Source: Nymphaea colorata
Lineage: Eukaryota
DNA: 64,000 nt
Direction of reading: 5' to 3'
Assembly: GCF_008831285.2 (NCBI RefSeq)
Contig: NC_045138.2
Coordinates: 5,394,001-5,458,000 of the forward strand
Under the pieces are notes generated by a model. The model had not been told where the DNA came from and did not search any database. It was given only the letters and a program-made list of their open reading frames with translations. Position numbers and translations under genes: made by a program. Position 1 is the first letter of the stretch. Each line of letters starts with the position of its first letter. Positions 1 to 10,800 of this stretch are shown here, one piece after another.

Positions 1-29
1 TTTTTTTTTGAAAAATTTGGGGTGATAAC

Positions 30-1450
30 AAGTATGTTATTAGAAGGATGTTGTAATCGCCAATGCTACAGTCTGGCCTCCCCCATATGAGTAGCAGCAG
101 CTAACACAGTGAGAGAACTTATTTGCAAGCAGTACAGATTATTTTGCAGACTTCCTTCACCAATTTTCGTCAAATTGGTGCAATCCAACAGTAATGTTTT
201 CTCCTTTGTGAATATCACATAGCAGTTTAGAACTTTAGTTAAGCATTTAGCTGACATTAAGTTGATAGATAGTTGTGGGACATACAAAATGTTTTCAATC
301 ACACGATTGCATGACAAACATATTTTTCCAATTTCTTCCACCGGAACTAAGGAAAAATCAACAATACTAATAGGCATATGCATGCAATTTTTAACATCTA
401 CTAGTTGATATATGCCAGCAGTCATGTACTTAGTAGCTCAACTATCTAATATACAAGTATCATATTTTGAGAGGGCAAATGTAAGACTTTTGATTGTGAG
501 TACTACATGAGTTACCAACGCCATTACTTGTTTCTAATGTGACTGCCAAATTTGACCTGGTCATCTGATGCAGAGCCTTTGTATGGCCATTGTTCATATA
601 CTTGTAGTTAACTTGAAGCTAAGTTGTGAAATTAACTAAATTACGCCTTAGTTTTGCTACAAACCAAAATAAGGCAGAATCATTGTCGACTCTTCCGTTT
701 TATCATGCAGTCCTCTGCCAACAAGTTTAAAAGAAGGTCTCAAGTTAAACCATGACATGCAGGAATACACAACAGTTACACATTTTCTCCTTACATTAAA
801 AAACTTCTTCACTTTTTACAAAGGACACCTGTGCTCATTTTTCTTTACACTGTAATTGCTAACATCTCAGGTAGAACTAAAGCATGATGGCTGTAAAAAA
901 ATGGGAACTAGATTTTATGCAGGAATGATTTGCGTGTATGCCTTTATTTGCAAATTAAGTAAAATCCAAATCCAACTTAAGATATTCAGAGTATGGCTCG
1001 CTCCTGATGTAAAAGTTTTCTGCAAATTGTCCTCTCCAATTAACCTTGTTCATACTCTATGAACAAGATACTCATTTTCATTTTTCTAATTATTGCGAAC
1101 ATTTTAGCTAGAAGAGAAGGGCAATGCATAGTGAAACTTTGCCTTTACTTGTCAGTTATTGAAATCAAAATCCATATTAGAAAAGATTGAAACTGAATCA
1201 ATCACCTTCATTGGAATTGGATCTCTTAATTATCATTTTGATTCTTAGTGCCTCTATGTGCTTATGAAATTTGAAGATTGACTTCTTTTTGACGGCCATA
1301 GCCCAACCAATTCTACCAAATCTTCATAAAGTTATTATTTAGCAAAAAACAGGTAACAATCCATCATTTTCTTATTTAATAAAGAAAATCAAGAGTATAA
1401 AATTAACAAAAGTTACAATGCTGCCACTGGCGAGTAAAGTTTAAGATTTT
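30..1450 (-). mobile_element. Degenerate Ty1/Copia gag-protease-pre-integrase fragment, cut off by the window edge
   Basis: The minus strand reads CILDS*ATKYMT (Copia protease WILDSGAxxHMT), then LYVPQLSINLMS, KIGEGSLQNNLY and L*HWRLQHPS (GAG-pre-integrase LWHxRLGHPS). It carries many stops. The upstream gag boundary is approximate. Confidence 0.75.
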
Positions 1451-1804
1451 ATCGCTAAAAACAATCAGAAAATTAGGATCAGCCACAGTTTACTATGTGC
1501 TGATGGTTTATGGTGGAGTTAACAATAATCTACGATCATTTTAATGATAAATTTTTTGTATTTTGATCATATCCAAAACACAACAACATTTATTTTTCAT
1601 ACTCAAACACACACATACACACGCACAAAAACTCTTGAGCTCTTTAGTAATTTACATTCTAGTTTATTAGTCATTTACAATGTGGAATCACGACTGGATT
1701 TAGAGCACTATTACCATGTCTTTTAATTTAATTATATCCATTAACTTACCGATGTTGACGTAAGAGAATGATGTCTTCATATATGTGAGAGGACTTTAGT
1801 TATG

Positions 1805-4800
1805 TGTAACACTCGACTCTTTTTGCAGGTGGCCGGATCGGATCCAGACCTGGACACTAACCCACCCGCGTGTGAGCCCGACGCGAGGGAGTTCTTCTCC
1901 CTCGTCTCCCTCTTCGTTCCTTCCTCTGTGGCATCACCAGTAAAAACAGGAGGCGGGAGGAACAGCCGACGGCGGAGGGTGTGGTTGGGGCGACCTCTGG
2001 GCCGACGGAGGAAGGGCGGCGGCACTCCTGTAAACCCCCCTCCCGACCTCTCTCTCTCAACCTCTTTCTTCTTCTTTCCACTTCTGCCATCTTCTCCTCC
2101 TCCCCTCGCACGCCCACTCTCCCGTGCTATGCCCCTCTCTCCGCCTCTCCCACTCTCTCACCCTCTCTATCTATGCACCTCTTCCCCTTCCCGCCAGCTC
2201 TCACCCGCATGGTCCCTCTCCTTTGCTGCCCTCTCTTGTCTATCCCCTTTTGTCCAAACCCTCTCTCCTAGTCTCTCCTCTCTGTCAGCGCCCTCTCTCA
2301 CTCATTTTCAGCCTCCCACACAACTACCGTGGGCCTCTTCTAATGATAGACCCCTCTCTTGAACTCCCTTTTTGTCGATTTTGACTCTTTTGTGGCTGTT
2401 TGGTCGATTTGCAGTTTGGGGATGCATTTTTTTCCTCATACTAGTGAAGTGAAGGCGTTGGTTGTGAAAGTAGCGAGCAATCCTTGGTGTTGATGCTCAA
2501 TCGACCATTGGAGGTGGCTGCCGGGAGCAATGCGGCAGTTTGGACACTAAATTTGGGGTGAGTGAGGCTTAATTGAACCTAAATTGTCAAATATTTATTG
2601 TTGTAGTATGTATAATTATTGTTTGAACATGCTAGAATGTAGAATTGATGATTTGGGACGCATGTTAGCGACTTTGCTTTTTGAGGAAAGTTCAAGATTT
2701 GGTTGGAGAAGCGTCGATTCATGTCTATCATGATCTTTTAAGCTTAAGGTGTTGATTTTTCGAAGCTATTTGGGAACATCGTAGAGATTGTATTGTTGTG
2801 GTGAACGTTTAAAATCGTTTTAGCGAGCTTGAGAGATTTGTTGCTATTGATGTGCATATATGTTGTATGTTGAGAGTCTTATGGTGGGGAAGACGCCTCA
2901 ACTAAGGAAAACAAGCGAGAATCGTACATGTACTAAGTCGAAGACAAGTTTTGAGTTCTAATCGTTGGTGGCAACCTCGAGAGTTGGGAAGAGACCCTTT
3001 TTGAAGGGCTTCGTGGGTCGACAATCATTTGAGGCGGAGACATGCCTCGATAATGGTATTTTCAGATTTGTATCGATTGTAAAGTGATGCAAATAGAGAA
3101 CTTATCGTTTGACTGTGGTTGCAGGTACATTGGACACGTCCCGTAGACTTGAGGGACCAGATTCGAAGCTCGCGGCATTTTGAAGAGCTTTGTGGGCACA
3201 CGACAGGTATGGCGGCATTCCAGGCAAATCCCTGCCTAGGAACAATTTGTGAATGTGTGTTCCAGAATCGTTGGATCCTCGCATTGTGATGTGATTGATG
3301 ATTGAAATGTGATTGAATGAATGTATGCATAAGATTGAATGTAAGTGATTAGTTTTGTTTTTGTTCAATGACTACGCAATTGCATTGCATGCTAGAATTG
3401 ATAACTGTTTAGGACAGATGAGGTGAGGTATCAAGTCGAGTATCTCCTCGACCCCAATTATTCATTAGAAAGCATCCTAGAATGATAATTGCCTAGGACA
3501 GCTATGAGCCAATCACGGATCGAGACTACTCTCCTTAGTTTGGCTAAGTTTTGAAAGATGTGTGTGATTGTTAATGATTTGCCATGTGACAAGTTTTGTT
3601 TTGGAAAACTATTAGAAGCTTGTTTTGAAAATTGTTACGCATTTGTATGTGCATGCAAGAATTGATAACTGCTTAGGATAGATGAGGTGAGATATCGAAT
3701 CGAGTGTCTCATCGACCCCGATTGTGCATTAGAGATCATCATAAAATGATAATTCCATGGGATAGGTACGAGTCATTACAGATCAAGACTACTCTCCGTG
3801 ATTTGGCCATGTTTTGAAAGATCTGATTGATGTTTTTTATAAGATGTGAATTTTTATGAATGTGAATATTATGATTTGTTGCATATGTATTGCCGTGAGC
3901 AATAATGCAATTGATTGAAATTGAAGGGTAGTTGTACTCATATTGTTATGACGGCTAGCTAAGAATGTTATTTTTATGTGTAGCCCTCCCCTCGTGTGAA
4001 GGCAATTGGACGTGTGGGTGCACTCGTGGAGTGAACCAACTTTATGAGCTAGCCAGTCATTTTGTGAATGTACAATTATAATGATAAGAATGAATGAATA
4101 AGAGATGAGAGACCAGTGAGATGTGGCTATGTGTTTGGGAGACGTCCCGCTTTCACCACTGGTATCGCCTGTTCGGAGCGCAGACAGTGCAAGGCCGCAG
4201 GGTACTATTGTGTGTTGTGCTTGGAGCGTTGGGCTCCCGCCTTCCCAACCTGGGTGTCCTAGGGAAGACTGATAATCTCTCATTGGAATTCACACATCCA
4301 TGGATGAGTGCTTTATCACTGCAGCAGGTGAATAGATCCATACTGTTTTAGGCCACCACGGGGGTTGTCTCTCTGCTTTAGGCCGCCTGCGGTGTGCACG
4401 TACCTGTGTTTGCACCTATAGGAACTATCAATTCACTGAAGTTAATGAAAATGAAAAGTATATGAATGAAAGGTATGTGAATGATGTGCATGTGAATGAA
4501 ATGAATGAGAATGCTATGTTTATAGATGCCTTGCATGTGAATTGAGATTATGTTATCGTGGCCATTGAATGACCTTTACATGTCATGGTATGTGTGAGGG
4601 GCCTTCTTGGTAAATGTTGTGCCTATGCCCTGACACGACATGATGATAGATTGTTTTTATGATTGCTCTCATATTTGAGCTCTACCTAAGAGGGTTTGGA
4701 ATTTTCTTGGCTTGTTGCCATACTGCGAAGGCTAAGCCTTCAGTTGTTTCTTTTTTCAGGTTTTGGAGCACCTAGGGCAGTAGGTCGATTAGATGCTTCA

Positions 4801-5087
4801 CTCACATCTTACTGGAGAGGTTTTGAGTCTTTCGTCGTACCGGCACGCCATAGTTTGGTCTTTTTGATGTCTTGTTTTTGTTAGGCATCAAAGTTATGGT
4901 TTAAAACATTTTTTTCATACACATAGATGTGATTTTGTATGAATTGAAATTGTTATATAAATGAAAGTTCGTCCTATTGTTTTGAATGACATAGCTCATT
5001 CTTTTTGAATTGTTTGTGTGGTCACACTTCAATACTTTACGTTAGAAAAAAAAATTGTTTGAGGGTCAAAAAGATTGGGGTGTGACA
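1805..5087 (+). mobile_element. Ty3/Gypsy (Tekay/Del-like) solo LTR
   Basis: Starts TGTAACAC and ends GTGTGACA. It is flanked by a perfect 5-bp TSD TTATG (1800-1804, 5088-5092), has no gag/pol inside, and is homologous to 32485-34913. Confidence 0.9.
3385..3830. repeat. Two diverged tandem copies (~265-bp period) inside the solo LTR
   Basis: The block agaattgataactg...gagactactctcc...gttttgaaagat occurs at ~3393 and ~3658. The paralogous LTR has only one copy. Confidence 0.75.
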
Positions 5088-5129
5088 TTATGTCTCTTTC
5101 TTCATAGTGAATAAGCATAGCTATATGTA

Positions 5130-6100
5130 GATTCAAATCCATCACGTTATTGGCAAGGTTGTTTTAATTGATATGAGAGGCCAACCATTGGGCTTAGCTA
5201 AGCAAATTTCTTTTTCATTTTCAGCAGCAAATTGCAACAATGTTCCTTTTATAAGTTGCAATTTATTATGGGCAGCCACAAGTACATCATGTGAAAAGAT
5301 ACATACGACCAACCCAACACTCTAGCAAACTTTTGGCTCCTTGCCTCATCAAATCCAAGGGGAGTTTGGTTAAATTTCTCTTTATTGATTTGAAGGTCAT
5401 TTCTCTCATCCGTGTCTTGTAAGATGTACTTTATATCCTTGATTGAGGAGGGGAACTAAATAGGGCAGGGTATCAAGAAAATTCAGATCAAGCAGAGGGG
5501 GGAACTAATTTTCTTATGATATGCTGTTTAAAGCTTCTCCTAAGAACTTCCATGAAAATGGTGGTATCCCACCATAATATGCTGTTAGAGATAAAGCGCC
5601 TTAACAACTAGTCATAGGGGTTCCAAAGATCCATCTTGAGCACAAACCACTTTCTTTTTTGAATTCGAAAAGAGTTCAACAATGTCATTGGCTAATGCGA
5701 CCTCATCATGCATGCTCCTATCATTGAACAAAAGCCCTACCACTGCAGATTGTAATATGTCTTAAAGAATTCTGTGTACGAGCAAAGAATTCTGCATAGG
5801 AGCAATCATCACATTAGATATGATTTTATACAGGCTATTGCAAAAAGCAATGAGGTTGAAACCATCAATTCTGGATGAACTATCCTTCTTTGGAATCAAC
5901 ATAAGAGATAATAGGCAATTGCAAAGTTCATTCACACACAACATAGCATATCTTAAGTATATCAACATCATTAATAAGGACATACAACTTTTGAACATAA
6001 GTTCATTGACAATACAAAGCCATCCTATTAGATGATTAGCATCCCAGCATAGCTAAATGAAATAAAAAAATGTTTATTTTATCAAATCATTACCACACAT
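5130..6100 (-). mobile_element. Degenerate L1-type LINE reverse transcriptase fragment
   Basis: LIPKKDSSSRIDGFNLIAFCNSLYKIISNV matches the plant LINE motif LIPKx7DFRPISLCNxxYKIISK. Downstream IKYILQDTDERNDLQINKEK matches LxxILxxFxxxSGLxINxxK. Confidence 0.7.
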
Positions 6101-6529
6101 AATATACCTGTCTACATAGCCAACAATGAGAAGGTCGGTGATAAAATTGTTGAATATCACCTTTGAAAGGCCCAATTTGAGCTATCGGCAATTGGCTACA
6201 AAGGTTGGATTTAAGTCATGGTGTCATCCAATCATTTGAGAATTAGGTAGATGACAGCTCTCATTAATCAAACTCTTTGCTCTTACACCTTTTTTAGTGA
6301 AAACCATGTACCCAAGGGCAGTTGCAGATATTGTTATTCCAACCCTCCAGCGACAAACCTTCATAAACTTATTAATCAAAGTAATCTCCCATATAAGCTA
6401 TAATGGCGGTTTACTACGAACAAATTAACAAGGATAAAAAAACACACAACTAAACATGGAAGTGTACAAGCACATGATCATGTGCAGCAGATTTGAGAAG
6501 AGGTGATGCTAAGATGACGAGCAGAAAAC

Positions 6530-7113
6530 CTGTAAAACAAATTAAAGAAGACATTTTTATTCATAAGGACAGCAAGAACAGTTACATAGATATTATCCCA
6601 AAAAAGGAGTACAGTCAAAGAAGAAGAAGAAGAAGAAGAAAGAGATGCCAAGAATAACCCATAGAAGTACTTCCTTTTTCCCTCATACTTGTTCTCCATG
6701 ACCAACTTAATATTGAGTAAGCTGAAGATACATGGCAAATTCTGCAATATTAGTCCAGGGTCCACGTTCAGAATTAACTAAATATTTGGATTTATTTTTT
6801 CGGGCACACATACACGGAGCAGTACCTTTAGACATTTTTTCAAGTAAATCACACGGAGCTTGTCCATATTTAATGGAAACAAACAGTAAATGCAACACAT
6901 GGTTTTCAAGGCAGGTTGGAAACACTTGGCATCTAGTAAAATCAACAAGACTTCATTCTAGGGATAAAAGCATGAACATGTACACGGAATAGTTGAAAAA
7001 AAAATGTCAGATAATTAATTGCTAGCCAGAATACGCAAAACACGTTTACCATTTAGGTGTAATTTTTGCTCAAACAAAGGAAAAAGTGTCACCACAATTA
7101 AAACTTTTTTTAA

Positions 7114-7156
<43 letters not shown>

Positions 7157-7779
7157 GCTAAAACATCGGTGTTGAATTTATACCCTATTGAAAGCTAAAC
7201 AACTAACTGACAGCTTAACGAGTCACAACCATAGTGGGCGTTTGGGTGACACATTATAACGACAAAAAAAAAAAAACTTTTTGGTCTGTCAACTATAACT
7301 GAGTTGAAAAGTTAAAATGAGTAGGTAGAAAAATGTTGCTCCTCATTTTTATTACTTTTTATGCACCTCTTCACGATCTTGCACATCTAATTATATTTAA
7401 AAATTAATAAGTCTATTTCTACTTTTTAACTATACGCAAATTAAGTTTTTAGATACTTTTAATCTTCAATTGCTCAAGTGTGTTCAAATATTTTCAACAA
7501 CTGGAAGCATAGACACGGCAACCTTCATGGGGTCCTCCTTTAAGAATTAATGAAATATTTGGAGGCTTTTTTTTTTTTGGGGAAACATACAGGAAGTTGC
7601 GTTTCACTTAAACAACAGATGTTCAATTAAATCTCATACAGCAACCATCTTTTTTTTCTTTTACCAAGAATGTTGAAAGCTTGTCCACATTTAAGCAGTT
7701 TAGCTATTCCCATCCTCACGACGGCTCCTGTGTACCATTGAACTTATAAAAAAGAGAAAAGGGTGGTGATGAGACGTAC
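6530..7779 (-). other. Putative 3' UTR intron of NLR1
   Basis: Donor GAG|GTACGT lies 44 nt after the stop codon and acceptor TTTTACAG|G is at 6530. Both sites and the downstream exon are conserved behind NLR2. Confidence 0.6.
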
Positions 7780-7823
7780 CTCCCATATGTAGGCCCTTGA
7801 TGAATATTTTTGCTCCTGCTTCC

Positions 7824-10800
7824 TCATGTGGCTCCTCCTAATAGTAGTGGACAATTACCCGAAACCTCTAACCCATTTCCCAAGCGGACTTCCAATCCTG
7901 CTGGTAGGAATGCCAGTTTGGGGCAATCTACAATTAGCAACTCCTCAAGCTTGGGGAGGGTAGTCAGGCATTGTGGCAATGAAGCCAACTCTGGCAAAGC
8001 AATTAGTCTAAGGGCTTTCAGGTGGACAAGGTGTTGGAGCCCGTCTGGCAGTGTTGGGCAATTTCTAATTTCCAACCCTTCCAGCTTGGGGAGGCGAGTC
8101 AGGCATTGTGGCAATGAAGCCAACTCTGGCAAATCATTTAGTGCAAGGACTTTCAGGTGGATAAGGTGTTGGAGCCCGTCTGGCAGCAATTTTAGGTTGG
8201 AACAGCCTATAAATGACAACCATTCCAGTTTCGGAGGAACAGAGAGGTGTGTCCGCTCGGAAGGAGAACATTGTTCCTCAGTTGGCTGATCTCTTGAATG
8301 TGGTGAATGCTTGAAGAGTCCATCTAGTGTAATGACCTCAAGGTTGCATATAGTAAGAAACTCGAGTTGCTTCAGTTTCTCCCATGGTCCTTGCAAGCTG
8401 CTTGTTGCCCCAGAAAAACCTAATATCAATATTTCAAGGCTCGAGAGACGCCACAACCATTCAGGCAACAGAGTTTGACTGGGCAAACAGATGAATCCTA
8501 GTGCTCTAAGACGTTGAAGAGCTTCAATATGAGAAGTTGTAACATGTAAACAACATAAGGGCCCATCCATCATCAGATCTCGAATCTTGGTAAGTGGGAG
8601 CAACCAGTCAACTTGAAAACTCACATTTGGACAACGATGCATGGAAATAACTTCAAGCCCAATGGGTTGATCATCTTCCCTCCAGAGAGCACGCAACTCC
8701 TCACAACTATGAATTTTCATGTCCGTTAAAGCAGGAAAAGAAGGCAATGCCCTCAGTTTCGGACACAAATATATATCTAGTTCATGCATAAATGGCAACG
8801 TTGCATTTTCCTTTCTTTCGAGTGACCATCCTTCCCAATTTTCACAACCACGAACTTTTAATTTCTCCAATTTGCCCATGAAAGTTAGTTGTTTCAGTCT
8901 ATGACATTCCACCATTGTCAGCGACGTCAAGATAGGCATGTCAGGCAATTCCACCAGTGCAGGACACCCACGAATTTCCAGCTCTGTCAGTGCAGGCATG
9001 TTCAGTTCAAACTCTGCTTCTTCTTTTTCTAGGAGAGCACTCAATTCATCACAGAAATTGATCTCCAGCCTTTGCAGACTGGGAAGGTGAGGCATGCTCT
9101 TCACCTTTAAACAGTTGCTTATTTTTAATGTTTTTATGCAATATTTCTCAGCTCCTTTTTCAAATCCTTCCCAATTATCTAAATTGCTCATTTCAACACT
9201 CTCTAGTTTGGGGCAAAATGGTAGCTGCGTGAAGCTTGCACATCCATCTATTACAAATTCCTCCAAGCATGGGCTTGCAGCCAACGTTTTTAGATGGTGA
9301 CAATCATGAAGATGCAAGCACTTGAACATAGTAAAACTAGGCAATTTTTCAATCCATGAGCAAGACTGAAATTTAATTGTTTCTAGGTGTACACAGCCAT
9401 CAAGCCAATCGATAGGAAGCTTCTTTCCACAGTACCTTGTCAAGGATAGAGACTTTAGATTAGGTGGCAGCTGTAGTTCTTGAAGTAGTTGCTCTTGGTC
9501 TTCTGCAATTTTCTTTTTTTCTTCCTCTGATGTTTCTTCACCGATAATAATCTTTCCAAATGAAAGATTTAAACTTTCAATGTCTTTCTTTTCTTGCAGC
9601 AGAGCTTCACTTGCATCATTGATTAGTGTTACCCTCTCCAAGTTTTCAATAGTTAACTCGCCCTTCAAATTGATCAAATTCTTCAACTCTTTTACGTTGC
9701 AGCCAACAGTAGCTTTATTTGCATGACATATAATAAATCTGCTCAGGGTACGTAAACAAGTAACTTTACCCAAACCTTCAGCTACAAACTCAAGCTGATG
9801 CGTATTTTCCAATCCCAGGTGTCTCAAGTTGCACAACTGACCTATCTCCTTGGGCAGCTCTTGTATCTCACTGCCATCTAAAAGCAATGATAGCAAATTC
9901 TGGAGTTTGCCAATTGAAGCAGGCAACTGCTTTATTGTTGTGTCCCTTAGGTCGAGATGTTTCAAAAGAAGAAGATCACCTATAGAGTCAGGTATTTTAG
10001 TGAAACTTCCTCCAGTCAAGTCCAGTACCCTCAACATTTTAAGATTATTTATGTACTTGTCAAGTGGATTCTCAGACAATGGTTTGAGACAAAGAAAGGT
10101 CCGTAGTACATGATTCCTTTGCAATCCAATTTCATCAAGAGAACTAAGATGCTTCCTTATTGCTAGATGGCGTGTATTCTCGTTGACATAATTGTGTGCA
10201 TATTCTTTTCCAGCAACGTGTGTGGCTAAATCATGAACAGTGTCATGCATTTGAAGAGATAAGCCATCTGGATTTGTTAGCTGAAATAAACGACGACCAA
10301 CCATATCATCTATATGATGGTTTGCAGCAACTTCCATATTTCTTTCATTAGCATTCTCAACAAGCCCATGAGCCATTAAATTCATTATAAAATCTAGCTT
10401 GTATAAGGGAACACCCTTTTGGTACAAACTGAAGTACGTGAAATAATGTTTTAAAATTGGAGATAAATCATCATAGCTTAATACGAGCCCCGGAAGCAAA
10501 CTAGAGTCAGAAGTTGTTGAAGGTATCTTCAAATCCCAAATCTTGCTGTTAGCGATGAATTCCCAATCTTCTCTTCTCCTTTCCTTTGACTGCATTACCT
10601 TCCCAACAGTTTGAATCACAAGTGGGAGACCTCCACATTTACTCACTATGTTTCTTCCAATTTCTTCTAAATTTAGCCTCTTCAACTCATCCTCTGTGAT
10701 CAATGCTTCACGCAAGAACAATTCCCAGCTTTTCTCATGCGTAAAGCTTTCCAATTCAAGCATGTATGCTGCTCCAATCCCCTTCGAAATATGTTCCTTC

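Noticed and set aside
1777..2384. GC-rich ORFs here and at 34255-34916, 13505-13867 and 58636-59343
   Set aside because: Low-complexity translations of LTR or UTR-like CT/GA-rich DNA with no recognisable domain.
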